Counted from the first letter of the stretch, positions 10,801 to 25,145 are shown. The stretch: 64,000 nucleotides of DNA from Macrostomum lignano (GCA_002269645.1 NIVC01003195.1:1-64000); one strand, 5' to 3'. Notes: generated by a model not told the origin, from the sequence alone. Program-made: numbers and translations.

Positions 10801-12568
10801 TCAGGTGCATCCTTTAGACCAAAAGCTAGTCGATTCCATTTGTAAACACCAAACGAAGTGTGAAATTCAGTAAGAAGTGAACTTTCTTGATCCAACTTAA
10901 CTTAGCATCAAATGTTGAGAAGTATTTTTCTCCTGTCATCTCGCTAATCATCTCGTCATACGTTGGAATGGGGTATCGATTTCTGATAATATACTCGTAA
11001 TCATTTAGATTCTTAGATCTAAGCACAGTCTAATCGAGTTATCCTTCTTCCAGACGATAACAACATTGGACACCCAATCTGCCGGCTGGTCGCATTTCGT
11101 TATTACTCCTTGGCTCTGTAAGCGGTCAAGCTCTTCACGCAGGGCCTTCATAGCCGCAAATGGGACTTTCCTTGGGCCTTGGACTTTCGGTGTTGCGCCT
11201 TCTCTCAATGAAATGTGATGCGCTCCAGGCAGTCATCCAATTCCTTCGAACAAATCGCTGTATTCCTTAAAGATCTTTGATTCCGTCAGCACTTCTTTAT
11301 CTGTAGTCTTTGTTACGTTGAGGATTTGAATCAGGCCTAATTTTTCAGCTGTGTCGGTCGCTAGTAGAGGTGTATTGTCTTCCTCAATGATGGTGAATTC
11401 TGCTGTATGCACGGCGTCTTTGTGCGAGAGTCGCAATTTAATCTTGCCTTCACATTAAGCGTCTGGTTGTTATACACTGATAGTCTGGTGTGGTCTTTTT
11501 CTAATGGGTTGTCTGTGATTGTTCTTAAGCGTTTCTCGGACATAATATTCACATCAGCGCCGGTATCAATTTTGAAGTTGACGATGTGTCCAAACTCAGT
11601 GTCTAGCGACACAACTGTTCTTGAAACGGCTTTCACTTCATTTCCATTATTAGAATTCATAGAATATTTACTTACGTCCCAGGCAGCAGCTTGGTAAGAA
11701 TTCGATGTTTCAGTTACGTCAGTGAGCTCATCTTCAATTTTACGAATCTGTTTCGATTGTTTTGTTTTCTCTTTCCGGCACATGGCCTTGAAATGGTTCT
11801 TTTGTCCACAGTTCAAGCAGGTCTTGCCATAGGCACTGCAGTTGGTGTGACCAAATTTGTGGTTCTTGCCGCAGTATCTGCATGCCTGTTGTCCTGTAGG
11901 AGCCTTTCGTGTGATAGACTTGGACTTGGCTCTGGTTGATTGCTGCAACTTGTGATTAGGGTCTTTTACAATTCGACTGACAGAGTTTCTGTTTTCACTC
12001 TTTATACCTGTCATCTGCCTGGCTTGCATCTTTGAAGCTTCGGTGGCACGGCACAAAACAATAGCCTTTTCCAGTGTCAGCTTCTCTTCCTCAAGGAGCC
12101 GTTCACGGAGTGCTGAATTATGAACCCCATATACGAGTACTATCTGATCTCGAAGCATGGCATCGTCAATGCATTGCTTTTTTTAGGCTTTGAAAAACTG
12201 CATCGCTTTATTAACAATCGTAGCTCATTTATGAAGTGATCAAAATCTTCATACTGCTCCTGCTTACGCATTCTAAACTTATAGCGATCAAATGTTTCGC
12301 TGTCCAGAGGAATGCAGAATTTCTCGAATTTGTCAATTATGCCTTTGTGAGCAGAGTCAGTGCAGAGTTCGAATGTCTCGAATATGTCCCTGCCTTCTTC
12401 ACCGATGGCGGTCAGCAGAATCGCATTCTTCATGCTGTCAGCCTCCTTGTCGCGCTTTGTGGCGGTCATGTATAAATTGAATGCGCCGATCCATTTTCTC
12501 CAGCGTTCTGACTTGGCCTCATCGAATACCATGGGCCCTGGAGGTCGCAGTCCAGCTGCGTCGGACAT
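7853..12568 (-). pseudogene. gag-pol polyprotein, broken by several frameshifts and a MITE insertion
   Basis: ORF fragments 12140-12601 (gag), 11361-12158 (knuckles, protease), 11005-11208, 10826-11026, 10580-10810 (RT), 10087-10380 (RNase H), 9462-10142, 8904-9380 (integrase), 7853-8329 (C-terminus with TRSGR). Confidence 0.9.
8499..9062. mobile_element. Foldback-type MITE (564 bp) inserted in the integrase
   Basis: TAACCCAC duplicated at 8491-8498 and 9063-9070. Both arms are built from ~15-bp GGACATTTGCCCTCC units in inverted orientation. Removing it restores ...NTPIERGL-PSPAELLMGR.... Confidence 0.9.
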
Positions 12569-12627
12569 GCCGCTGTAGTTGCCACCAAAAACGACGCACA
12601 AAGCAATTATCTAACTGTAGTATTTTT

Positions 12628-12639
12628 CCTCTGACACCA
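12628..12639 (-). other. Primer-binding site TGGTGTCAGAGG (tRNA-Leu-like)
   Basis: Directly follows the 5' LTR on the minus strand and begins TGG; tRNA identity is from memory of Leu 3' ends. Confidence 0.7.
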
Positions 12640-12720
12640 TGTTGTGTGTTTGCATGTATTAGGGAGTATTTGCGCTTGGCGAGACTGTGGGCATGAATAA
12701 GAAACTAAAGCGGCTGGCTG
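12640..12720 (-). repeat. 5' LTR, internally deleted (~80 bp)
   Basis: Matches the 3' LTR but lacks ~55 bp of its middle and the terminal ACCACA. Confidence 0.8.
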
Positions 12721-13444
12721 CGGGGGGTTGTCGTGCGATTCACACTTGTAAGAGTCAATCCCCATCCCCAAGGCACACAAAGTGCCTTATCACGTCTTGT
12801 TATTGTCTTTAATGGGATATCCCATCTACACTACTTAGTTCTATTGGTCAGTAGCAAAATGCGTATATAGCTTGTTTATATAAATTTATGTTCAAAATCA
12901 CGCACTCCGGCGGGGGGCAATTTCATGTGGCAGGAGAAATGTCTGAAAACTTGACTGAGAAGCTGCAACGGCGTCAGTAAGCTCATAGTGGTCTCACCAG
13001 CTCGAAGCAGAAAACAGTGAAGGCAGCCTGGCGGGAAAGCAAGCTTCTATTCGGTAAAATAAAGTAGGAAACTTGATACATCTTCATGCGCTTGATGTAG
13101 ATCCGATAGAGCTGGCTCAATGCTATTGAATTTGCTTGGCACTGCCTGCACAGGGCGTGTGATTGATTGCTTAAATCTATAATAGCCATTGCTGTTGCTG
13201 CTTCTAGCCTCTGTCTTTAGAGATGGGCAAAGATTTTCTCACCGATTTCGGATTTCAAAAGCTGCAGGCTCGGAGGTGAAAAAGAGAAAGTCGATAATGT
13301 TTCGCCACCTGGATTCAATGAGGGGATTTGCCGGGGAGAAAACTGAGGAAGGAGTTCGCAAGACGCGGTGTTGGTTGACGCTGCTGGCTTCGAGAGAGCA
13401 GGAGACAGCGGGATGTTTGTGCTATCAGAATTCCACTATTGCAG

Positions 13445-14060
13445 TCCTACCCCACTTTCCCACTGCCTACCCCACTTTCCCACTGTCTACCCCACTTCAC
13501 CACTGTCTACCCCTCTTCCCCACTGTCTACCCCACTTTCCCACTGTCTACCCCACTTCCCCACTGTCTACCCCACTTTCCCACTGTCTACCCCACTTCAC
13601 CACTGTCTACCCCACTTCCTCACTGTCTACCATACTTTCACACTATCTACTCCACTTTTCTACTGTCTACCCCACTTTCCTACTGTCCACCATACTTTGA
13701 CACTATCTACCCCACTTTCCCACTGTCTACCCCACTTTCCCCCTGTCTACCTCATTTCCCCACTGTCTACCCCACTTCCCGACTGTCTACTCCACTTCCC
13801 CACTGTCTACTCCACTTCCTCACTGTCTACTCCACTTCCCCACTGTCTACTCCACTTTCACACTGTCTACCCTACTTCCCGACTGTCTACTCCACTTTCC
13901 CACTGTCTACCCCACTTTTCTACTGTCTACCCTACTTTCCCTCTATCTACCCCACTTTTTCCAGTATCTACCCCACTTTCCCCACTATCTACCCCAATCT
14001 TCCCACCATCTATTCCACTTTCCCCTCTATCTATCCCATTTTTGCCACTATATCTACCCC
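13445..14060. repeat. Minisatellite, ~20-bp unit (CCCACTTTCCCACTGTCTAC)
   Basis: Direct copies, decaying toward 14060. Confidence 0.95.
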
Positions 14061-14994
14061 ACTTCAACTTCAGTGCAGCCTCGATCCAATCCCAGCGACA
14101 TGAACATTAAATGAAGCTCAATATAAAGTAAACTTACTTCAAGTAGAACTAAAAAATCTAGCGAAGCGAGGTCGTGGTCTAGAAGGAGAACAACAAAGTG
14201 TTTTAAAAGTGCATGCTGCTGATGATGCCGGGAACTGCAGCGCCACTTCTCAGAATAACTATTATTAAACAAGATTTCCTCGTTGTCGATTTAAAAATTG
14301 ATTTTTCATTTAGAACGCTGCATGAGGATCTATTCATTATACAATGGACCTTTTTTGAAAAGAATATTATTTAATAGGCAGATTCTTATATAAGCGTATA
14401 TTTTATTGAAAATATATTGAAGCTTTCTATTGTTGAGTTAAGTAGAGCAGCAAGTGGCCGGTGGCAGACAGACCAATTTCTCGAGTCGTAACAAAGGAGA
14501 AAAGGTGCGTTGAAGGCTTTCTGTGGGACCAACTTCTCTCTGCACAGGATGCGGGTGACACTGGGGGGGACTGCATCTGTTTCTCCCATCTCCCTCTTTC
14601 ACCTGCTTTGGCAGCACAGAGCAGCCAAGCGAGCTGAAATATATTATCCCTTGGGTACATCTATAAATCTTATAAAAAATTCGACTGCCAATCCCCATCG
14701 CTTCATGCAGCGTCCGTCTCTCTGACCTGCTCAAGTCTCTCCTGACTTCCACTCTTCTGGATAATCTTTCCCATCCCCCACCCAATTTTTTCTACTCCCT
14801 TTTTTCATTCCAGCCGATTGCATTTCTCCAGCCACCTGCACGGCCGGTTCCCCTCGAATTAGCCGAAAGCACGAGGGCAGAAAAGCCGCAAAATTGCTCG
14901 CAAAGGGGAGCTCGCCCGTTTTAGCAGGTCACTTTAGGTGCGAAATATGGAATGGGAAATCCATACTTCGTCTGCCCGCTGTCCCCTCCGCCAC

Positions 14995-15710
14995 TGCCCC
15001 CTGTCTACTGCACTACCCCACTGTCTACTCCACTACCTCACTGTCTACTCCACTACCCCACTGTCTACTCCACTACCCCACTGTCTACTCCACTGTCTGC
15101 CCCACTGCTCCACTGTCTACTCCACTGTCTGCCCCACTGCTCCACTGTCTACTCCACTGTCTGCTCCACTACCCCACTGTCTACTCCACTGTCTGCCCCA
15201 CTGCTCCACTGTCTACTCCACTACCCCACTGTCAACTCCACTGTCTGCCCCACTGCTCCACTGTCTACCCCACTGCTCCACTGTCTACTCCACTACCCCA
15301 CTCTCTACTCCACTGTCTGCCCCACTGCTCCACTGTCTACTCCACTACCCCACTGTCTACTCCACTGTCTGCCCCACTGCTCCACTGTCTACCCCACTGC
15401 TCCACTGTCTACTCCACTACCCCACTCTCTACTCCACTGTCTGCCCCACTGCTCCACTGTCTACTCCACTGTCTACCCCACTGCTCCACTGTCTACTCCA
15501 CTGCTCCACTGTCTACTCCACTCCCCTACTGTCTACTCTACTTCCTTACTGTCTACTCCACTCCCCTACTGTCTACTCTACTTCCCTACTGTCTACTTTA
15601 CTACCCCACTGTCTACTCCACTGCCCCACTGTCTACCCCACTGCCCCACTGTCTACCCCACTGCCCCACTGTCTACCCCACTGCCCCACTGTCTACCCAC
15701 TGCCCCACTA
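14995..15710. repeat. Compound minisatellite with CCACTGTCTAC core
   Basis: Mosaic of short subunits; same core as 13445-14060. Confidence 0.9.
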
Positions 15711-15994
15711 TTTAATCCAATCCCCCACTGATTAGCTCACTATCCTCACTCACAACTGAGGTTGTAAAAAATAGATAAAGATATTTCAGTATCACATGCA
15801 CAAAGAGATTTACGATGCTGTCATGCTCCCGTGGGATAAATGGGATTGCGGTGCAAGTTAGGCGTAAATTTAATCCGGATCACTGCGTTTGGCCAAATCC
15901 GTTTGCAGTCTTTTTATAGATATACTGTAGATGTGGGAGAATGAATTTAATGCTTCGACTTATGGTTGCTAGGGAGGGAGGTTTATAATTCCAC

Positions 15995-17398
15995 AGTTGG
16001 GGAATCCAGTCAGCTACTGGAGATTCCACAGTCAGCTACAGGAGATTCCACAGTCAGCTACAAGGAGATTCCACAGTCAGCTACAGGAGAATCCACAGTC
16101 AGCTACAGGAGATTCCACAGTCAGCTACAGGAGATTCCACAGTCAGCTACAGGAGATTCCACAGTCAGCTACAGGAGATTCCAAAGTCAGCTACAGGAGG
16201 TTCCACAGTCAGCTACAGGAGATTCCACAGTCAGCTACAGGAGATTCCACAGTCAGCTACAGGAGATTCCACAGTCAGCTACAGGAGATTCCAAAGTCAG
16301 CTACAGGAGGTTCCACAGTCAGCTACAGGAGATTCCACAGTCAGCTACAGGAGATTCCACAGTCAGCTACAGGAGATTCCACAGTCAGCTACAGGAGATT
16401 CCACAGTCAGCTACAGGAGATTCCACAGTCAGCTACAGGAGATTCCACAGTCAGCTACAGGAGATTCCACAGTCAGCTACAGGAGATTCCACAGTCAGCT
16501 ACAGGAGATTCCACGGTCAGCTACAGGAGATTCCACAGTCAGCTACAGGAGATTCCACAGTCAGCTACAGGAGATTCCACAGTCAGCTACAGGAGATTCC
16601 ACAGTCAGCTACAGGAGATTCCACAGTCAGCTACAGGAGATTCCACAGTCAGCTACAGGAGATTCCACAGTCAGCTACAGGAGATTCCACAGTCAGCTAC
16701 AGGAGATTCCACAGTCAGCTACAGGAGATTCCACAGTCAGCTACAAGGAGATTCAACAGTCAGCTACAGGAGATTCCACAGTCAGCTACAGGAGATTCCA
16801 CAGTCAGCTACAGGAGATTCCACAGTCAGCTACAAGGAGATTCAACAGTCAGCTACAGGAGATTCCACAGTCAGCTACAGGAGATTCCACAGTCAGCTAC
16901 AGGAGATTCCACAGTCAGCTACAGGAGATTCCACAGTCAGCTACAGGAGATTCCACAGTCAGCTACAGGAGATTCCACAGTCAGCTACAGGAGATTCCAC
17001 AGTCAGCTACAGGAGATTCCACAGTCAGCTACAGGAGATTCCACAGTCAGCTACAAGGAGATTCAACAGTCAGCTACAGGAGATTCCACAGTCAGCTACA
17101 GGAGATTCCACAGTCAGCTACAGGAGATTCCACAGTCAGCTACAAGGAGATTCCACAGTCAGCTACAGGAGATTCCACAGTCAGCTACAGGAGATTCCAC
17201 AGTCAGCTACAGGAGATTCCACAGTCAGCTACAGGAGATTCCACAGTCAGCTACAGGAGATTCCACAGTCAGCTACAGGAGATTCCACAGTCAGCTACAA
17301 GGAGATTCCACAGTCAGCTACAGGAGATTCCACAGTCAGCTACAGGAGATTCCACAGTCAGCTACAGGAGATTCCACAGTCAGCTACAGGAGATTCCA
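15995..17398. repeat. Homogeneous 22-bp minisatellite (GGAGATTCCACAGTCAGCTACA)
   Basis: About 60 near-identical copies, some 23 bp. Confidence 0.97.
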
Positions 17399-17957
17399 AT
17401 ATGCTTTTGCCTACACTGTGATATTTTTATCCACCTAAAATTTGAACGCACTGGTTTGGAAAATTTCGAAAAGCCTTTTTTAAAAGACCTACCGCACTTG
17501 TACTTGAGGCTGTCCTGTATTTTTTTTCTATGCAGCATCTCAGCGGCTCTCGGCTCCTATAAGTGAGGGTGGGAGAGGATCTGACGTCCTGAGAGGAAGC
17601 GACCGCTTTGCTTTGCAGCGCTTAGCGGCTTCTAGAATAAATGCATCGGGCAGGGCATTTGAAGAATAAAATCTCCGGCGCCGCGAGTGTCACGCACACT
17701 GCACAGCGAGCCGATTCCAGCGACTTTAATGCGCGCGCTTCAATGCAAAGCAAAAAATATCTATTTGGAAAACTCATTTCCCATCATAATTTCTTGTTGA
17801 AAGACTCGAAGGTCCGTCCATCAGGCCGACTGTGACTGGGGAATCTTTGAATTTTCAAGATTTCCCGATCGATCCGGGCATTGGCGCGAGTATGATTTAC
17901 TGCGGCTAAACAGGTTTAGCGCACATAAGTGGGAGATTGAAGTATTTCTTGCGAGTT

Positions 17958-18510
17958 TGTACCTTGCGCGCTTGTATCTTGCGCGCTTGTATCTTGCGTG
18001 CTTGTATCTTGTGCGCTTGTATCTTGCGCGCTTGTATCTTGCGCGCTTGTATCTTGCGTGCTTGTATCTTGTGCGCTTGTATCTTGCGCGCTTGTATCTT
18101 GTGCGCTTGTATCTTGCGTGCTTGTATCTTGTGCGCTTGTATCTTGCGCGCTTGTATCTTGCGCGCTTGTATCTTGTGCGCTTGTATCTTGTGCGCTTGT
18201 ATCTTGCGCGCTTGTTCATTGCGCGCTTGTATCTTGTGCGCTTGTATCTTGCGCGCTTGTATCTTGCGCGCTTGTATCTTGCGCGCTTGTATCTTGCGCG
18301 CTTGTATCTTGCGCGCTTGTATCTTGAGCGCTTGTATCTTGCGTGCTTGTATCTTGCGCGCTTGTATCTTGCGCGCTTGTATCTTGCGCGCTTGTATCTT
18401 GCGCGCTTGTATCTTGAGCGCTTGTATCTTGCGCGCTTGTATCTTGCGCGCTTGTATCTTGTGCGCTTGTATCTTGCGCGCTTGTATCTTGCGCGCTTGT
18501 ATCTTGAGCG
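17958..18510. repeat. 15-bp minisatellite (CTTGTATCTTGCGCG)
   Basis: About 36 copies. Confidence 0.97.
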
Positions 18511-18901
18511 TTTAATCGCTGTCCCCGTTAACAACAGCCAGTGTGCTATGTGTAAATAGATGATACGCGCAGGAATTTGACAAATAATTTTCGACCAAAA
18601 AAATCGATTTTTTTTTTAGCGGGCAGGAAAAACAATCCGTTGGGATTTAAGGTTGATGAGGGAATTTTCTTTTTAAAAAAATTCACCCTTGTCCGGATGG
18701 CTAAAACAGATTTGCGTCTCGCCCAGGCGGGGATTAATTATCTTTTTTGCGTGTTCAATTTCTGTCGCGCTGCCTTCTCACGCACCCCCCCCCCGGGTCC
18801 GCTTGGAGTCGCGGAGGCGACCCCCTGTTTTTATCCGTGTCAGACGGACCGGTTCGGGGTGGCTTGGGAGACGCCTACTGCAGCTAGGAGAGCGTGTGTA
18901 G

Positions 18902-19212
18902 GAGACTGAGAGCAGAAGACTGAGAGCAGAAGACTGAAAGCAGAAGACTGAGAGCAGAAGACTGAGAGCAGAAGACTGAAAGCAGAAGACTGAAAGCAGA
19001 AGACTGATAGCAGAAGACTAAAAGCAGAAGACTGAAAGCAGAAGACTGAAAGCAGAAGACTGAAAGCAGAAGACTGAAAGCAGAAGACTGAGAGCAGAAG
19101 ACTAAAAGCAGAAGACTGGAAGCATAAGACTGAGAGCAGAAGACTGAAAGCAGAAGACTGAAAGCAGAAGACTGGAAGCATAAGACTGAGAGCAGAAGAC
19201 TGATAGCAGAAG
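18902..19212. repeat. 14-bp minisatellite (GACTGAAAGCAGAA)
   Basis: About 22 copies. Confidence 0.95.
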
Positions 19213-19859
19213 AGTGCGCGAGTCAGAGCTAGCTAGCGGGGACAGCATGCTCACGGAAGCATCGCTCGCACCAGGCCAGGCTGACCAAAATCGCGGCAGC
19301 TGAGAACCCTTGGTTATGTCGGTCCAGGCCGCTGATTGAGACTCGCGGAGCTGGGATGAAGGAACTGACAGAGTGAGAAATCAATCGCTTGCCAACCCTC
19401 CCGAAAGTTCCAACAGGCGCAGTGGCGAGGGTGGGAACGGAAGGGGAGATGGTAAGAGCGCGCGGGGAGAAGACGGGTCAGCGCTAGGCCCCCTGCCACG
19501 ACACGCGAATGCAGCCAGCCATGGCGCATGCATGCTCCGCAGTCTGAAGGATTAGTTCCAATTTCAGCAGCCTCTACTCCCAAGCGACAGAAATCAATCA
19601 GGGAGGCCGGGGAGAGCAACTATGGCACGAACATGTTCGCGAGTTTTCTCTCAGACCTTGTCCGGAGCTCGGTTTGAAAGCTGGCTTGCTTAGCGGATGA
19701 TTGTTCTATTCGGGTTCGGGGATATTACCATGCACTGCTACTGCCGTGCTCGAATCCCTGATCCCCCTGCCATCTACAGCTTTGGGGATGTAAATACGCC
19801 TGGAAATAAGTCTTGTCGGGATGCGAACTCCATGGTCTGTGACCTCTCCAATCTCTCTC

Positions 19860-20285
19860 CCTCTAACTCCTTCCTTCCTCTGATCTCAAACCCTCTATTC
19901 TAACTCGCTCTCTCTTATTTCTTCCCCTAATCTCATTCACTCTAATCTTTCCCACTCTAAGCCCTCTCCCTCTTCCTCTTACTCTAATCTCTCTCCCTCT
20001 AAACTCTTTCCCTCTAATCTTTCTCAGTCTAATCTCTTTCCATCTAATCTTTCTCAGTCTAATCTCTCTCCCTCTTAATCTCTCTCCCTCTAATCTGTCC
20101 CTCTAATCTCTAAAATTTCTCCCCTCTAATCTCTTTCAACTTCCATCTTTATCGTGTCCCTAATATCCTCTCTCTAGTCTCTTTCCAGTTTCTCTACTCT
20201 TCAATCGCAATCGAATCCCTATCACTCATTCTATCCCTAATTAACTTGGATTTACCTTGCATTCCGTCTGTCTCTGTCCCTGCCC
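19860..20285. repeat. Degenerate CT-rich low-complexity tract (CTCTAATCT-like)
   Basis: Pyrimidine-rich with recurring CTCTAATCT. Confidence 0.6.
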
Positions 20286-20718
20286 CCTCTACAATTTGTG
20301 CACCAAAACGAGCTTACTGAAATCCGCATAGAGCCGGAAAGTTCTCTTAAGCCAAAGCGAAGCCGCCCCCTCCTCTCCCAATAAATTTTGAGGGACTTTT
20401 GCGAGCTTGGAAAAGAAACTGGATTCGAGTGCAGGCAAAGCTCTCAATGATTCGCTCACACGCGAGTCGATCCGGGGGGGGGGGTACAACTCTGGCCAGG
20501 GTGGAGGGTCCGCCTGTCAGCCCGGGGACTCGAGCCTACGCCCATATGGCAACTAGCTTTATATGCGGCATAAAATAATGTTAGATCACCCCCTCTCCCG
20601 GGGCCTTAATCCCTCAGCTAGGGCGATCCTGTACGAGAGTCATGGAGTGGCACAAGGACAACTAAAATAGAAGGACTCAAAACTCGAAATCTATGGTAAA
20701 TGTTTTGAAGGCAATTTT

Positions 20719-20950
20719 TGCCGAAAAATACACTACAGAGATAGGAGGTTTAATTTTTTCAGCACAAAAATTGTTTTTGCTTTTGATAGGAGGCAGATCC
20801 AGTGTTCATCTTTTGATATGTTGTGCCTTTTTTATTGCTCTATCGATATTCATAAAGCTTTTCGTTCAGAAATAGTTTTAAAGGCAGTTAGGCAGGTTTC
20901 AACGGAAAAATACACAACGAAGATAGGAAATTTCACGATTTTCAACACTA
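20719..20950. repeat. Dispersed repeat, inverted copy of 1690-1848 plus a partial second unit
   Basis: CCGAAAAATACACTACAGAGATAGG...GCTTTTCGTTCAGAAATAG, with the motif starting again near 20903. Confidence 0.75.
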
Positions 20951-21704
20951 AAACAGTGATTGGGTCTCTTAACAGTGTCAGAGAAGTCCTTAATCACACT
21001 ATTTTGTGCCTCACGTGCTGCTCTCACGACGCATTAATAGATTTTTCATGTTAAATTGGTCTTGCCATTATTTTAAACGTTTTTTCCAATAAGACCAATT
21101 TAACAGTCTAGGGTACACTTCCGAGTATGGAAACCCTCACAGTCCCCATATCCACTTACCCCGCTTTCAGGTGCAATACCGCATGCACCCGGCCCTGTCC
21201 GCCTTCCCGTCCAACATTTTCTACGAAGGGTGCCCACAGGCTCCCCACAACAATTATTATTAACTATAGGCCTTTTTGTGTATGAAAATGAAGGCCAGAG
21301 TTGCCACTCCAGGATTCTCGTTAACGGTGTCCTTGCCTCAGCTTCTCAACCTTCCGAGCCCAGCAACTCTATTCATGCTTGGCTCCCCGAACTGTTGTCC
21401 ACCTTGCGCACTCGCTGTGCCGAGTTCGCTTTGAGCTCAACTCACATTGCCAATTGTTGCCTCCTCTAGAAGCAGAGAGAAGTAGCAAAGCAAGGCAAGC
21501 AATTAGAAAAGAGATTATTCATCCAAAATTAACTTCGCTTGATGCTTTGGAGCTTCTGTGCTGAACTGCGTATGACTATAAATAGATGGCCAAATCAAAG
21601 TGCACTTTGTTAACTCGTTTGTGAGTCCGCTGTCCAACATATGCGATCGCAGTGGTGAGGCCATGATAAGCATTAGATAGGCGCTGGCCCATAAGGCTAG
21701 CTAG

Positions 21705-22790
<1,086 letters not shown>

Positions 22791-23294
22791 TCTTCCTTTC
22801 TTTCGCCATCTCTGCTTACTCTCTTTCCTCAATTTTCTCTCGCTTCTCTGCCTGTTTTCGTTGACCCCACTCTCCCGTCTCCTAACCTATTTCTCTCAGT
22901 CTCTCCGCTTCTATTCTGCTGCCTCTTCCTCACTTTTTCATCTTCTCACTACTCATCCCTTCCTCCTCTGCGCTCTACCCGAGCTTTGAGAGTGCAGTTT
23001 CAATTTCCCTTCTTCTAGCGGAGACAGAGGAAGCAGAAGCCCTCCTGTCGCGAACTAGCAATGCATATATATAGGCAGCCATGCTCAAACCTCAGCTCTT
23101 ACACACTCTGTGGATACTAAGGAGTTGCAAGCAGCCAAGTTCGAGCATTTTGTGGACATGTTGCCATGTTCTTTTTGAGCTTGAATGATGCGTTAGAAGT
23201 TACAGCAATGGTACTACAAGTTTGTCAATTTTGTTTTCCTTGAGAAAAATTCAACTGGAAACCGGCTCTGCTATCTGTACAATGGAAGGAGGTC

Positions 23295-23400
23295 GGAACA
23301 GCTCAGCGGTAACCGTGTCTGAGTCTCGACTCGCAAACCTTGGTTCGATTCGGTGTCACATTCATTTGGGGCTGAGCCAGGGTGCCCATAGCTTTCCTAC
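23295..23400 (+). mobile_element. Degenerate tRNA-like (SINE head) fragment
   Basis: A-box-like CAGCTCAGCGG (23299) and B-box-like GGTTCGATTCG (23342), spaced 43 nt as in tRNA. Confidence 0.35.
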
Positions 23401-23407
23401 TAATCAT

Positions 23408-23984
23408 GTACCTGAATATACACCTGAAAATACCCCTGAATATACACCTGAATATACACCTGAATATACAGCTGAATATACACCTGAATATACAGCTGAA
23501 TATACACCTGAATATACAGCTGAATATACACCTATATATACCTGAATAAACACCTGAATATACACCTGAATATACACCTGAATATACACCTTGGAATATA
23601 CACCTGAATATACACCTGAATATACACCTGAATATACACCTGAATATACACCTGAATATACACCTGAATATACACCTGAATATACACCTGAATATACACC
23701 TGAATATACACCTGAATATACACCTGAATATACACCTGAATATACACCTTGGAATATACACCTGAGTATACACCTGAATATACACCTGAATATATACCTG
23801 AATATACACCTGACTATACACATGAATATATACCTTGGAATATACACCTGAATATACACCTGAATATACACCTGAATATACACCTGAGTATACACATGAA
23901 TATATACCTTGGAATATACACTTGAATATACACCTGAATATACACCGAATATAAACTTGAGTATACACTCGAATATGCACCTGA
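23408..23984. repeat. 12-bp minisatellite (TACACCTGAATA)
   Basis: About 48 copies; a few more units follow the SINE at 24295-24340. Confidence 0.95.
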
Positions 23985-24295
23985 AGGGTTGTAGCCCAGT
24001 GGTTAGAGCGTCGGACTCACGACTTGAAGGTCGGGGGTTCGATTCCCGATCCCATTGGAACAATTTGTGTCCTTGAGCAAGACACATAACTCTGCACTGC
24101 TTCAGTTCACCCAGCTGTAAAATGGGTGCCAGCATTAGCTGGGATAATTGAGGCTGTGTGTGGCGACCCTCCAGTCCTTGGACTGAACAGCCGTACGCAG
24201 CCTTCAGATGCGCCGCGCAATAGCTGCGGCTGAGCTGTCGGTTGCACATCTGGCCCAATTGGGCCAGGTGTAATCAGTTATTAATTATTAATTAA
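23985..24295 (+). mobile_element. tRNA-derived SINE, copy 2, with (TTAATTA)-like tail
   Basis: Same head, body and 3' part as 1155-1425; satellite units on both sides. Confidence 0.85.
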
Positions 24296-25057
24296 CACAC
24301 ATGAATATACACCTGAATATACACTTAAATACACTTAAATCTAAAAAGTTAGAACTTCAGACTGCAGAAACAGTCTTTTCAAATTTGTTGTCAATTATAT
24401 ACCTTTTGGCAAAGCCACGAATATAGAGTTAATTGCTGTATTATATGATTATATTTCGGACAAGTATACAATCCCGCTTAGGGTTAATTAAGGACGATTT
24501 ATAGAGGTAAACCAAAGTGGCAATTAGTATTGAAGCTACGGTGCATTGAACAAAATGTTTAGTAAAGAACAGATACTTGATTTGAACCAATGGGGGTGCG
24601 GGAACAGCAGGAATGAATTGAAAGTTCAGTAATTTGAATATTGCCAAAAAATTACTTGTCTTGGATTGGCAAAACTGCATAGAGTTGCTTTCGATTATTT
24701 ATGACGCAGAAAATTCTCTTGGTTACTGAAACGTCAAGTTTAACATTGAATTTAGGAGGCCTGCTGCAGCCTCTCAGATCTCATGTTTCTAGCACTTTTC
24801 AATAAAGACCAGCCAGTGCCATTATTGCTGTAAATCGGGCCCGCACACCCCAGTAGAAAAAACAGTTTGTCATTGGTTAACAGAATAGCGACTGAAAGTG
24901 TTAACTAACATACTTTATTACAGCTTTTATTAATTGAACTTATGCGGGACTCTATTTGTATATTATAAACTAGAATATTTTACCTAAAGGACGCTGAACA
25001 AACAATTGAACCTATCCGTCAGACTATCTTAAGTTTTTCAGCATGCGGGTCAAAGCA

Positions 25058-25085
25058 ATCAATCAATCAATCAATCAATCAATTA

Positions 25086-25128
<43 letters not shown>

Positions 25129-25145
25129 AATCTATCAATCTATCA

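Larger units (their letters stand above)
7703..12720 (-). mobile_element. Ty3/gypsy LTR retrotransposon, Mag-type, decayed
   Basis: Short direct LTRs, PBS, PPT; gag with two CCHC-like knuckles (CRYCGKNH...CLNCGQKNHFKAMC), protease DTGA, RT YIDD, RNase H DASKDGLG...EKE, integrase DNGPPF/PQSNGLAERAVQTVK, order PR-RT-RH-IN. CGGGGG flanks both ends (7697-7702, 12721-12726) as a possible TSD. Confidence 0.95.

Noticed and set aside
15966-17438. 490-aa and 474-aa ORFs
   Set aside because: They are translations of a 22-bp tandem unit that happens to lack stops; no domain content.
17821-18559. (YKRAR)n protamine-like ORF
   Set aside because: A 15-bp repeat open in four frames; no independent evidence of coding.
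19725-19835. RRIYIPKAVDGRGI (minus strand), resembling the RLYLPR..GGRGL motif of some non-LTR retrotransposons
   Set aside because: Short isolated match with no adjoining RT or endonuclease motifs.
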